From an uncultured Selenomonadaceae bacterium (GTDB taxonomy: Bacteria > Bacillota > Negativicutes > Selenomonadales > Selenomonadaceae), in the NCBI GenBank assembly GCA_905234365.1, contig CAJOHI010000007.1:11343-75342 (forward strand): 64,000 nt of DNA, given 5' to 3'. Under the pieces are notes generated by a model. That model saw only the letters and a list, made by a program, of their open reading frames with translations. It did not search any database and had not been told where the DNA came from. Below, in pieces: positions 18,657 through 28,685 of the stretch (its first letter is position 1; every line of letters begins with the position of its first letter). Position numbers and translations under genes: made by a program.

Positions 18657-20582
18657 ATGGTTACATTTTTTGAAAAATTGATAACTTTATTGAAACGGGA
18701 CAAAAGATTCATTTCAAAGGACGGAAAATTTCTGCGTAATGCTGTTTATGAATCCGCCATGAATCTTGATGAAAAACTTTTAAAAAATTTACTAGCTGAT
18801 GAAACTATAAGGAATTATTTTTTTGCAGAAGTAGACGGCATAAAAATTTTTGACAAAATAAAATTTGCTTGGGTGATTAATAATCGCCAATTTTTGCAGG
18901 ACAGTTACACTAGATTTAAAAATAAAATTGGACTCACTGACGAGAATGGAGATTTTATTTCAACTTCCGGCAAAGTAGAATTGGTTTTTCCTTACAAAGA
19001 TTGCGTACTTGAAGGCGGACAGACAAAAGACGACCAAAAGCGAAATGAAATTTTTTATAACGAACTTCTTGCACCTGATGAAATTAACAGATTGCTTTAT
19101 CCGAAAGTTTTAGTTGGTGCAAAAAGATATTCGGCTGACGGCGTTGAGACTGCGGAAAATTTTTCTGATAATGATAATTTGATTATCAAGGGAAATAATC
19201 TTATTGCCATTTCTTCGCTCCTCAAAAGATTTGAAAACAAAGTTAAATGTATTTATATTGACGTTCCTTATAACACAGGAAACGACTCTTTCGGCTATAA
19301 TGACAGATTTAATCATAGCACTTGGCTGACTTTTATGAAAAATCGCTTGGAATTGGCGAAAAAACTTCTTAATAATAGAGGAGTAATTTTTGTTCATTGT
19401 GATAATAACGAGCAAGCATACCTTAAAATTTTGATGGACGAAATTTTTGACAGAGATAAATTTGTTGAAACGATAACTGTAGTTAATAATCCTGCAGGTC
19501 GTGACTATGGCGGTATTGCAAATATGCACGAGTTTATTCATGTTTATTTGAAAAAATCTTATGATGATGCTTTATACAATATTCCTGATGAGGATAAAAA
19601 ATTTCCATATAAAGATAATCTTGGCGGTTTTGAAGTAAGAGAGTTACGAAACAGAAATACAACATTTAATGTGGAAAATCGTCCAAATTTATGTTATCCG
19701 TTTTATGTTAATCCAAATAAAAAAATTGATAATGATTTTCTGGAAGTTTCATTAGAAAAACAAAATGGATTCGTAGAAGTTATGCCGGCCAAATCAATGG
19801 GAATTCAAACCGTTTGGCGTTGGGGAAAAGAAAAATCCTCACAAAATTTAAATATAAATATTGTCGGCAAAGCAATGAGAGAAAAAAATCGCTATATGAT
19901 TGTTGAAAAATATCGTGAAAAAAGTAAAATGGCTCGTTCTGTGTGGTATGACAAAGATGTTAATTCACAAAAAGGAACAATTCATTTGAGGGAATTATTT
20001 GGAGAAAAAATTTTTAACTTCCCGAAACCTGAAGAACTCTTATCAAGAATTTTACAAATTGGATCAGAGGAAAATGATATTGTAATGGATTTTTTTCTTG
20101 GAAGCGGCACGACGGCGGCAGTTGCTCATAAAATGAAACGAAGATATATAGGTGTTGAGCAAATGGATTATATCCAAACGGTTACAGTGGAGCGCTTAAA
20201 AAAAGTTATTGGCGGTGAGCAAGGCGGCATTTCTAAAAGTGTTGATTGGCAAGGCGGCGGCTCTTTTGTTTACTGCGAACTTGCAAAACTTAATCAAAAT
20301 TTTATTGAAGAAATTGAATCAGCGAAAGATTTTGAAAAAATTTTAGCGATTTACAAAAAGATTATTTCTTTGGGCTTTGTCAGCTATAAAATTAATCCAG
20401 CGGATATTGAAGAAAATATCTCGGACTTTGCAGAGCTCTCATTTGAAAATCAGAAAAAATTTTTGCTGGAAATTCTTGATAAAAATTTGCTTTATGTAAA
20501 TTATTGTGACATTGACGATGAAGAATTTTCAATCTCGGACGCAGATAAAAAATTTACAAAAAGTTTTTATAAGGAGGATTAA
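18657..20582 (+). CDS. mod: Type III restriction-modification system, Mod (N6-adenine DNA methyltransferase, beta-class)
   Basis: 641 aa. Motif IV is [12 protein letters not shown] (DPPY-like). It precedes a variable region and motif [34 protein letters not shown]. The stop is 3 nt before res. Confidence 0.9.
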   Translation: MVTFFEKLITLLKRDKRFISKDGKFLRNAVYESAMNLDEKLLKNLLADETIRNYFFAEVDGIKIFDKIKFAWVINNRQFLQDSYTRFKNKIGLTDENGDFISTSGKVELVFPYKDCVLEGGQTKDDQKRNEIFYNELLAPDEINRLLYPKVLVGAKRYSADGVETAENFSDNDNLIIKGNNLIAISSLLKRFENKVKCIYIDVPYNTGNDSFGYNDRFNHSTWLTFMKNRLELAKKLLNNRGVIFVHCDNNEQAYLKILMDEIFDRDKFVETITVVNNPAGRDYGGIANMHEFIHVYLKKSYDDALYNIPDEDKKFPYKDNLGGFEVRELRNRNTTFNVENRPNLCYPFYVNPNKKIDNDFLEVSLEKQNGFVEVMPAKSMGIQTVWRWGKEKSSQNLNINIVGKAMREKNRYMIVEKYREKSKMARSVWYDKDVNSQKGTIHLRELFGEKIFNFPKPEELLSRILQIGSEENDIVMDFFLGSGTTAAVAHKMKRRYIGVEQMDYIQTVTVERLKKVIGGEQGGISKSVDWQGGGSFVYCELAKLNQNFIEEIESAKDFEKILAIYKKIISLGFVSYKINPADIEENISDFAELSFENQKKFLLEILDKNLLYVNYCDIDDEEFSISDADKKFTKSFYKED

Positions 20583-20585
20583 CCT

Positions 20586-23177
20586 GTGGCTTTTTTATAC
20601 GAAGAAATGGACGCTGTACGCAAATATGGAGGCATAGTAAATCTTCCTGAATATATAGCCGGAAATTTAAACCAAAATTTTGAGCTGCGCGATTATCAAC
20701 AAAAAGCATTTGAAAATTTTATAACCTATCTTGAAAAAAATCCTCAAAAGCCGACGCAAGTTTTATTTCACATGGCAACAGGCAGCGGAAAGACTTTAAT
20801 AATGGCCGGTCTTATGCTGTACCTTTATAAGCAAGGCTACAGAAATTTTTTGTTTTTCGTCAATCTTAAAAATGTTTTGGAAAAAACGCGAGATAATTTT
20901 TTAAATTCGACTTCTTCAAAATATCTTTTCGCCGATGAAATAATTATTGACGGCGAAAAAATTCGGATTAATGTCGTCGAAAATTTTCAGTATTCGGATA
21001 AAGACACGATAAATATTTGTTTTGTCACTACACAGAAACTTCATACAGATATGTTTTTTGTAAAGGAAAATGGAATGAGTTTTGATGACTTTGACGAGCG
21101 GAAAGTGGTTTTAATTTCCGACGAAGCTCATCACCTGAATGTAGACAAGCGAAATATGAATAAAGACGAATTGGAAAATCATAATTCTTGGGAACAGACG
21201 GTCAAAAACTTATTCAAAAGAAACTCACAAAATATTTTACTGGAATTTACTGCGACTTGTGACTTGGCGAATGAAAATATAAAAAATTTCTACGAGGATA
21301 AAATTGTTTTTAACTATCCTTTAAAAAACTTTTATGACGACAAGTACTCAAAAGATATCATTACACTTCGTTCAGATTTTTCTAAAATGGATAAAGCATT
21401 ACAAGCTCTCGTCCTTAGTCAATATAGGTTAAAAGTTTTTCAAGACAATCAATTAAGTATTAAACCTGTTATTTTATTTAAGCTTGCAACAATCGAAGAC
21501 AACAAAAATTTTATGTCCGATTTTATTTGCGAGATAAAAAAATTGAACGGTAATCGTCTGCTTGAAATCTCCAAAAAATGTAATAATGAAATTATGCACC
21601 GCGCATTTGAATATTTTTCAAAAAGCAATATTTCATTTGATATGCTTGCCGCAGAATTAAAAGATGATTTTTCGGAGCAACATTGCATTTCGGCCAATAA
21701 TGAGGACGACGCTTGTAAAAATCAACTGCTCCTCAATTCACTCGAAGATGTTGACAATCCTTACCGTGCAATTTTTGAAGTAAAAAAGCTGGACGAAGGC
21801 TGGGACGTGCTAAATTTATTTGACATTGTGCGTCTTTATGAAACAAGACAATCTGGCGGCAATAAAGTTTCACCTGTTACTATTGCGGAAGCTCAACTTA
21901 TTGGTCGCGGAGCAAGATACTGTCCGTTTAAAATTGATGAGGAACAATCGAAGTTCCAGAGAAAATTCGACGAAAATATAACCTGCGATTTGCGGACGTG
22001 TGAAACGCTTTATTATCATTGTCAAAATGATTCGCGCTATATAGCAGAATTAAAAAAAGCTCTCAAAGAAATTGGTCTTGACACTGATAAAATTATTCAG
22101 CGAAAATATATTCTCAAAGAGAGCTTTAAAAAAGATAAATTGTATAAACAAGGATTAATTTTCCTCAACGACAGAATTGAAACGAATCGCAAAGAAATTT
22201 ACGAGCTTATGCCATCTATCAGAGATACCATTTATAATTTTCAAGCTGACATGAGTTTATCAGTCTTAAATAAAATTATGTCAGACAATGCTGATGTCAA
22301 TGATAAAAAACCGGAATGGCATATCGAACGCTTTACAATAAAAGAAATTGCCGCAAAAAATTATGCGATTATAAATGAAGCCTTGATGAAATATCCAATT
22401 TATAAATTTGACACTTTAAAATCATATTTTCCAAATTTGAAGTCCACTCGGCAATTCATTACTGATGAAAATTATCTTGGCAATATCAAAATTGATATAA
22501 AAAATCTTGAACCGAAAATTTCACCTAAAGTTTTACATAACGCCGTATTCGATGTGCTTGGGAAAATATCAGATTCTATTTCAAAAATTGAAGTGATGTA
22601 TAAAGGAACAAAAGAATTTTACCCTAAAAATATAAATTCTATTTTCCACGATAAAATTGTTAAGTATTCTGAATTGCACGACGGCGGCATTGGAATATCG
22701 CAAAACGATCCTTCAGTTGACGATGATTTAAGGATTGATTTATCCGCCGAAGATTGGTACACATATACTGACAATTTCGGCACTTCTGAGGAAAAAGCCT
22801 TTGTAGCGTATTTTCGTGACCACATCAACGATTTGAAAAAAATTTACAATAAAATTTTCCTCATTAGAAATGAACGAGCATTTCATATCTATTCTTTTGA
22901 AAATGGCGAGCGTTTTGAGCCTGATTATGTACTTTTCCTTCAAAAAAATACAACTGACCAATTTGAGCAGTTGCAAATCTTTATTGAACCTAAAGGTACT
23001 CATTTGTTGGAAAAAGACGCATGGAAAGAAAAATTCTTACTAAAACTGAAAAATGAAGCTATTTCTGTGAAAACATTTGTTGATGATGTCGATTACAAAA
23101 TTTGGGGATTTTCGTTTTTCAATCGTGAGAAAACCTTGAAAAATTTTAACGAAAATTTCAGTGAACTGATTAAATAA
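20586..23177 (+). CDS. res: Type III restriction endonuclease, Res (SF2 helicase + PD-ExK nuclease)
   Basis: 863 aa with a GTG start after AAGGAGG. Helicase motif I is MATGSGKT and motif II is SDEAHH; QLIGRGAR is also present. The C-terminal nuclease-like region reads FEPDYVLF...IFIEPKG. Confidence 0.9.
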   Translation: MAFLYEEMDAVRKYGGIVNLPEYIAGNLNQNFELRDYQQKAFENFITYLEKNPQKPTQVLFHMATGSGKTLIMAGLMLYLYKQGYRNFLFFVNLKNVLEKTRDNFLNSTSSKYLFADEIIIDGEKIRINVVENFQYSDKDTINICFVTTQKLHTDMFFVKENGMSFDDFDERKVVLISDEAHHLNVDKRNMNKDELENHNSWEQTVKNLFKRNSQNILLEFTATCDLANENIKNFYEDKIVFNYPLKNFYDDKYSKDIITLRSDFSKMDKALQALVLSQYRLKVFQDNQLSIKPVILFKLATIEDNKNFMSDFICEIKKLNGNRLLEISKKCNNEIMHRAFEYFSKSNISFDMLAAELKDDFSEQHCISANNEDDACKNQLLLNSLEDVDNPYRAIFEVKKLDEGWDVLNLFDIVRLYETRQSGGNKVSPVTIAEAQLIGRGARYCPFKIDEEQSKFQRKFDENITCDLRTCETLYYHCQNDSRYIAELKKALKEIGLDTDKIIQRKYILKESFKKDKLYKQGLIFLNDRIETNRKEIYELMPSIRDTIYNFQADMSLSVLNKIMSDNADVNDKKPEWHIERFTIKEIAAKNYAIINEALMKYPIYKFDTLKSYFPNLKSTRQFITDENYLGNIKIDIKNLEPKISPKVLHNAVFDVLGKISDSISKIEVMYKGTKEFYPKNINSIFHDKIVKYSELHDGGIGISQNDPSVDDDLRIDLSAEDWYTYTDNFGTSEEKAFVAYFRDHINDLKKIYNKIFLIRNERAFHIYSFENGERFEPDYVLFLQKNTTDQFEQLQIFIEPKGTHLLEKDAWKEKFLLKLKNEAISVKTFVDDVDYKIWGFSFFNREKTLKNFNENFSELIK

Positions 23178-23291
23178 AAGTATCGAAAAATTTTATTTAA
23201 GTTCGAGAACAAATTACTAAATTATTGACAAATGTGCCGGATAAATCCAACTAAAGCCTAAAACATTCATTCATAATTGCCAAAGAAATTG

Positions 23292-24329
23292 TCAACGATT
23301 ACTTTGCTTGTCTAAAAGATAGGAGCCAATCTGCATGCTGTAGAGGATTGATATATTGAAAAAGAACGTTGCCAATGCCGCACTGTCACCGACTTTGGAA
23401 AATTCTTCACGAATTATATCGTCAAGCAATGCTGCTGAAAATTTTTTGTAAACAATAAATAAATGTCTAAAAATATCTTGAGTAATGGCATCGAGAGCAA
23501 GATATTTTACTTCGGGATGCTGCTTGTAAAATTCAAGCCCGCTTAAAAATTTATCACAACAGGAAAAACTTGTCGCTAGTGATCTGATCCATTTTTTGAT
23601 GTATGAAGTTGTATCTTCTCTGCTGTGCAGAATTGAATTTGGACGATAGCGATAAATATTCACAGGATCAGGAAATTTTACAAAACGCTTGGCACAGGAC
23701 AGACAATAAATAGTAAAAACTAAATCTTCATTATTGAGAGTCAAAGGATAATTAATATTATTTTCGATCATAAATTCGCGACGCATTAATTTTGACCATG
23801 CTGTCCAAACATATCTCTGATCGTGAAAATTTTTAATTCTTTTGGTGATATTTTCGGTTTCTAAAGTCGGTACAGTAACATATCCATCAGGCTTAAAACT
23901 CTTTACAGTCAAAGTTGCACCTTTTAAATGAGGAGTGTCGGAAGTAAAAAATTTTTCACATTGAACAATATCCGCATTAAATTTTTCTGCAACTGTATAG
24001 AGCAATTCAAGTGCATTTTTTATAATTAAGTCATCACTGTCAAGGAAGAATAAATATTTTCCGCAAGCGTAATTCATGCCGATATTTCGTGGTACAGCAC
24101 AACCGCCAGAATTTCTTTCCGATTCAATAAGTCTGAGTTTTCCGTTGAATTTTGGAAGATAATCTTGCACAACATTTCTGCTGTTATCTGTCGAACAATC
24201 ATCAACAATGATGACTTCAAAATCCTGAAAAGTCTGACACAAAAGGCTGTCGAGACATTCACCGACATATTTTTCAACGTTATACATTGGAATTACAACG
24301 GAAATTTGAGGAATATTTTTTTCGTTCAT
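23292..24329 (-). CDS. family 2 glycosyltransferase
   Basis: ISVVIPMYNVEKYVGECLDSLLCQTFQDFEVIIVDDCSTDNS and LFFLDSDD (DXD). Confidence 0.9.
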   Translation of the reverse strand: MNEKNIPQISVVIPMYNVEKYVGECLDSLLCQTFQDFEVIIVDDCSTDNSRNVVQDYLPKFNGKLRLIESERNSGGCAVPRNIGMNYACGKYLFFLDSDDLIIKNALELLYTVAEKFNADIVQCEKFFTSDTPHLKGATLTVKSFKPDGYVTVPTLETENITKRIKNFHDQRYVWTAWSKLMRREFMIENNINYPLTLNNEDLVFTIYCLSCAKRFVKFPDPVNIYRYRPNSILHSREDTTSYIKKWIRSLATSFSCCDKFLSGLEFYKQHPEVKYLALDAITQDIFRHLFIVYKKFSAALLDDIIREEFSKVGDSAALATFFFNISILYSMQIGSYLLDKQSNR

Positions 24330-24350
24330 TTAAATTCCTCCGCCGAAAAA

Positions 24351-24976
24351 TTATTTTTTTACTTTGCACCTGTCATAAAGGTCTTGTGTATAAGGATTTA
24401 AAATATCTTTATTTGAATCGCTAATAAAAAGTTCAGGATTTAAGTCGCCATAATATTTTTCGCCTTTTACAATGTAGTAAAGCATATCAGCTACACGATA
24501 TAGAACAATATTTGTTCCAACCGGCGGAAACGGTTCCAAATCATTTCCGTTAAATTGACCAAGCACGGAATCCATTTCCATAGAATTGATATTGCTGTCA
24601 ACAGTCGCACGAATCATAAATCTTGCACGATGTGAACCGTCTTCTTGTTTTGTTTTGTAAAAAATAGCAAATTCATACATGCCGTAAAATTCACAAGTGA
24701 TAATAAAACGTCCATCAGGTAAATCGCCATATTTAATAGTTTTATAATCGAGATAATGTGTTTTTTTGTTTGGAAACAGAGGCGAAGCGCAACCTGCAAA
24801 AATAATTTTTGGATCACCATTCAAAAACCAATCTCATCAACAAAAATATGCGGCGAAGTTTCGACAGGTTTTGCCGCTGCTAAGTTAAAAATGAAAAATT
24901 CCGTAAGAACAATAAAAAATATAAACCGTAAAAGATTAGTAGCAAACATTTTTAAAAATAATTTTTGAATTGACAT
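24351..24976 (-). pseudogene. secreted hypothetical protein whose signal peptide is separated from the mature part by a frameshift at a T5 run
   Basis: AGGTG RBS plus ATG 24976 opens a 51-codon ORF, MSIQKLFLKMFATNLLRFIFFIVLTEFFIFNLAAAKPVETSPHIFVDEIGF-stop (24821-24823). The 157-aa ORF (24351-24824) begins at an RBS-less TTG one base out of frame. One extra T in the run at 24823-24827 fuses them as ...EIGFLNGDPKIIF. Confidence 0.5.
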
Positions 24977-25106
24977 AAAATCACCTCTGCTTTCTTATTT
25001 GCTCCATTTTATCATAGGAAATGGCATTTTGCAATTATAATAAATCGAAAAATCTTAGTAGTACGGGCAGCAAGAAAACTTGATATCATTAATGAGTTTC
25101 AAAATT

Positions 25107-26387
25107 TTAATTAATTGAGTCAAATTCAAATTTCGGATTGAAAAACTTCGCAAATGGTGAAGACTGCCATCTGGAATTTATTTTTTGCTCAATATCATTA
25201 ATTTCTTCAATGTGAGTTTCCGGCATCAAAATTAAAAATTGCTTCTTGCCATTTTGAGTTACACAATCACTTGGTTGTAAACTATTTAGGAGTAACTCGC
25301 GGAACCCGTCAAGCGCATCGGAATTTTCAGTATTGAGAGTAATCTGCATAATTTGAACATCTCTCTTATAATTACGTACCAATCGAACAAACATTCGATA
25401 AATTTCCTTAAAACCATTAATTTCAACAAAATATGCTCCATTACTAATTATTCTTTCGCCAAGAATCAACTGCATATCTAAAAGTTTTTTTCTATCAGAT
25501 TGATTAATATCTTCATCGCCATAAAATGAACAGCTATGTTTGCCTGTTTGCTTTGCTTCATATAATGCCCTATCTGCTTTTTTATACAAAATTGAAAAAT
25601 CTGTTCCATCACTTGGAATAAACACAGCTCCCATTGATGCGCCAAATGGAATATTTATATCTTTTCCTATAATTTCTTTGGCAGCGGCCGATATTTTTTC
25701 ATTAAGGAAAATTGCTTTTTCAATCACTTTCGATTCATCTTGAATATTTTGACAAAATACAATAAATACATCGCTGCCCATTCTTCCGGCTAAATCAGAA
25801 GCATAAATTGTTTCTTTAATCAGTTCTGCAAAACGAATTAATATTTTGTCTCCTACATCATGTCCATAGAGATCATTGACAAGTTTAAAAGAGTCAAGGT
25901 CAATTATCATCAAAACACCCGGATGTTTTCGACAAGATTCACTAATTTTTTGTTGAGAGGCAGTTTTATTCAAAAGCCCTGTTAAAGCGTCTATATCAAC
26001 AGCTTGTTTAAGTCCGCGAATTTTATTTGAATTACGCAGAACATTTTGGATCCTACGAATCAAAACGTCCGATTTAAAAGGCTTATGAATATAATCGTCA
26101 ACGCCTATATCAAAACCTCGTCGCTCACTATCTGAATCTTCATCTGCTGTCATAAAAATTATGGGCACATGATCAAAATTTTTTTCTCGCAAAATTCGAT
26201 GAAGTTCATAACCGTTCATTTCTGGCATCAATAAGTCAGAAAGCACCAAATCAGGTTTTTCTGTCTCAAAAATCGTTAAAGCCTCTTTGCCTGATGAGGC
26301 CGTGACGGTCTGAAAATGTTTTGAGACTATTATTGATGCTAGTCTAAGCATTACAGGATCATCATCTACTATTAAAACCTTTTGCAC
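25107..26387 (-). CDS. response regulator: REC + degenerate GGDEF domain + uncharacterised C-terminal domain
   Basis: REC reads VLIVDDDPVMLRL...DLVLSDLLMPEMNG...IHKP. The GGDEF-domain core is DALTGLLNK...DLDSFKLVNDLYGHDVGD, but the signature reads GRMGSDVFIVF (GSDVF instead of GGDEF/GGEEF). Confidence 0.85.
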   Translation of the reverse strand: MQKVLIVDDDPVMLRLASIIVSKHFQTVTASSGKEALTIFETEKPDLVLSDLLMPEMNGYELHRILREKNFDHVPIIFMTADEDSDSERRGFDIGVDDYIHKPFKSDVLIRRIQNVLRNSNKIRGLKQAVDIDALTGLLNKTASQQKISESCRKHPGVLMIIDLDSFKLVNDLYGHDVGDKILIRFAELIKETIYASDLAGRMGSDVFIVFCQNIQDESKVIEKAIFLNEKISAAAKEIIGKDINIPFGASMGAVFIPSDGTDFSILYKKADRALYEAKQTGKHSCSFYGDEDINQSDRKKLLDMQLILGERIISNGAYFVEINGFKEIYRMFVRLVRNYKRDVQIMQITLNTENSDALDGFRELLLNSLQPSDCVTQNGKKQFLILMPETHIEEINDIEQKINSRWQSSPFAKFFNPKFEFDSIN

Positions 26388-26619
26388 CTAAATACACCTC
26401 ACTTAAAATTTTTTAGTCTATGATTTTAATTTTTATTACATTTACGCCACGTTTAATGTTTCAGAACACATACTTTTTATTCGATTATATTAAAATATCA
26501 GTTTAATTTCAAGTATCATTATATTAACTCTGAAAATTATTTTTTGAGGTATGGTATTTAAATAATTGGAAATAAAAAAGCGGAAGAAGTCCGACTTTTC
26601 TCCCGCTCTTAGTTTGTGA

Positions 26620-26925
26620 TTATTTCTTCGTTGATTGACTGTACGTTAGTTTCGCAATTTGATTGTCATGATTTACATTTTCAGCGTAGTCAAAGTGATA
26701 ATCGACTGCAATTTCTGTCTTAGTATCCAAAATTGAATCCAATTTCGAATTGAAGTTATCGTCTTCAAAGAGTTCAGCGTAACTTCTTTCGGCCTCGATG
26801 TTAAGCGTTTTATCAACAGCATTCAGCAATGTGATTGAGCCTTTACCGACAGTTAAAATGACATCATTTCCGACGGTTGACTGAGTATAAGTGCTGTCGG
26901 TAATTTTTATTTTATCTGTAAAACT
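26620..26925 (-). pseudogene. 3' remnant of an RTX-like adhesin paralogue
   Basis: DKIKITDSTYTQSTVGNDVILTVGKGSITLLNAVDKTLNIE...EDDNF...LDSIL parallels the C-terminus of the 41276-44702 protein (DKIQIDSSYSTQVSGQDVIIKVGSGSITLKDAIDKKLNID...QDDNF). The last ~45 codons are ~90% identical at DNA level to 40557-40694. The upstream part of the track ORF overlaps the metN promoter and start and has no homology. Confidence 0.6.
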
Positions 26926-26931
26926 GAAAAG

Positions 26932-26961
26932 TTGACTTATATGTTTTATAAGTGTTATAAT
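26932..26961 (+). promoter_or_regulatory. sigma-70 promoter with extended -10 for metNI
   Basis: TTGACT - 18 nt - TATAAT, preceded by TGT (TGnTATAAT). GGAGG at 26980-26984. Confidence 0.5.
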
Positions 26962-26997
26962 CTTCACATATTTTAAATTGGAGGTTTTAACCATATA

Positions 26998-28071
26998 ATG
27001 ATTAAACTCTCTCATATTGAAAAAACTTATGATAGTCCTTCTGGCCCGGTTAAGGCACTCAAAGGAATTGACTTAACGATTGGACGCGGTGAAATTTTTG
27101 GAATTATCGGCCTCAGCGGTGCCGGTAAATCAACTTTGATTCGTTGTATTAATATGTTAGAACGTCCAACAAGCGGAAAAGTAATTGTTGACGGCAAAGA
27201 TTTAACAGCGATGTCAGATTCTGAACTTCGAGAAATGCGTAAACAGATTGGAATGATTTTTCAGCATTTCAATTTGCTTTCGAGTGCAACGGTTTACGAC
27301 AATGTGGCATTTCCATTGCGACTTGCAAATGTCAGCGAAAAAGATATTAAATTAAAAGTTGAGCCACTATTAAATCTCGTCGGTCTGTCGGATAAGTCAA
27401 ATCAATATCCTTCACAACTCAGCGGTGGACAAAAGCAGCGAGTTGGAATTGCAAGAGCTTTAGCAAGTGATCCTAAAGTTTTACTTTGTGATGAAGCTAC
27501 AAGTGCACTTGATCCTCAAACAACGAAGTCAATTTTGGATTTAATTAAGGACATTAACGAAAAATTGGAATTGACGGTTGTTGTCATAACTCACGAAATG
27601 CAGGTTATCAAGGACATCTGCGACAAAGTAGCGGTAATTTCAAATGGCGTAATTGCAGAACAAGGTAGCGTTGTTGACGTTTTTATAAATCCGCAGCAAG
27701 CAATCACAAAAGAATTTATCAGCGTTTTGTTGTCAAACGAATTGCCGGCAGCCTTTAGAGGAAATAAAATATCCCAAGAGGAAACTACAGGAAGTCTTTT
27801 GCTCTTGAGATTGACATTTTTAGGCGAAACCGCTGACAATCCGGTTATTGCCGGAATGATTCGCGAAGCAACGGGTGTTGATGTAACTTTACTATTTGGA
27901 AATTTGGATCAAATTCACGGAATACCTTTTGGACGAATGATCATCGGACTTTCCGGCGATAAAAGCGAAGTTGACAAGGCAATGAACTTTTTAAAGCACG
28001 AAGATTTAAAGCTGGAGGTGATTGGTTATGTTGAACGACGCTATTCCGCTTTTGACAAAGGCGCTTGGTGA
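26998..28071 (+). CDS. metN: methionine ABC transporter ATP-binding protein (with C-terminal NIL domain)
   Basis: 357 aa with Walker A GLSGAGKST, signature LSGGQKQRV and Walker B LLCDEATSALD, plus a C-terminal NIL-type regulatory domain. Confidence 0.95.
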   Translation: MIKLSHIEKTYDSPSGPVKALKGIDLTIGRGEIFGIIGLSGAGKSTLIRCINMLERPTSGKVIVDGKDLTAMSDSELREMRKQIGMIFQHFNLLSSATVYDNVAFPLRLANVSEKDIKLKVEPLLNLVGLSDKSNQYPSQLSGGQKQRVGIARALASDPKVLLCDEATSALDPQTTKSILDLIKDINEKLELTVVVITHEMQVIKDICDKVAVISNGVIAEQGSVVDVFINPQQAITKEFISVLLSNELPAAFRGNKISQEETTGSLLLLRLTFLGETADNPVIAGMIREATGVDVTLLFGNLDQIHGIPFGRMIIGLSGDKSEVDKAMNFLKHEDLKLEVIGYVERRYSAFDKGAW

Positions 28072-28681
28072 AACCGTTTACATGGTTGTCGTATCAATGG
28101 CGATCGCAACAGCACTCGGCATACCTCTAGGCGTACTTCTTAACGTGACAAGCAAAGGTCAAATCCTCGAATCGCCAATTTTAAATAAAATCGTTGGCTC
28201 AATCGTCAACGCAATAAGGTCGATACCGTTTATAATTTTAATGGTTGCAATTATTCCGTTTACCAGGTTAATTGTAGGCAGCGCGATTGGAACAACGGCA
28301 GCAATGGTGCCACTCGTCATTGCCTCAATACCGTTCATTGGCAGACAAGTTGAAACCTCACTTAAAGAAGTGCCTTACGGTTTAATCGAAGCAGCACTTG
28401 CTATGGGCGCAACACCGTTTCAGATTATCACAAAAGTTTTACTGCCGGAGTCAATGCCTTCAATCGTTGCACAACTCACGACGGTTATAATCGCACTTGT
28501 TGGCGAATCGGCAATGGCAGGTGCTATTGGCGGCGGAGGCTTAGGTGATTTGGCAATTCGTTATGGTTATCAGCGTTTTAGACCGGACATTATGATTGCA
28601 ACGGTAATTGTATTGATTGTACTGGTGCAGCTTGTTCAATTCGCCGGTAACAGACTTGCTCAAAGACTCAATAAAAAGTAA
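28028..28681 (+). CDS. metI: methionine ABC transporter permease
   Basis: Multi-TM protein with the EAA-type loop EAALAMGATPFQIITKVLLPE. ATG 28028 overlaps the metN end (the track ORF starts at TTG 28022). No metQ follows. Confidence 0.95.
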   Translation: MLNDAIPLLTKALGETVYMVVVSMAIATALGIPLGVLLNVTSKGQILESPILNKIVGSIVNAIRSIPFIILMVAIIPFTRLIVGSAIGTTAAMVPLVIASIPFIGRQVETSLKEVPYGLIEAALAMGATPFQIITKVLLPESMPSIVAQLTTVIIALVGESAMAGAIGGGGLGDLAIRYGYQRFRPDIMIATVIVLIVLVQLVQFAGNRLAQRLNKK

Positions 28682-28685
28682 TTTA

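Noticed and set aside
26926-27015. The N-terminal third of track ORF 26620-27015 (MREFNHYMVKTSNLKYVKIITLIKHISQLF)
   Set aside because: It overlaps the metN promoter, RBS and start codon on the other strand and has no homology to the adhesin family. Only 26620-26925 is treated as a gene remnant.
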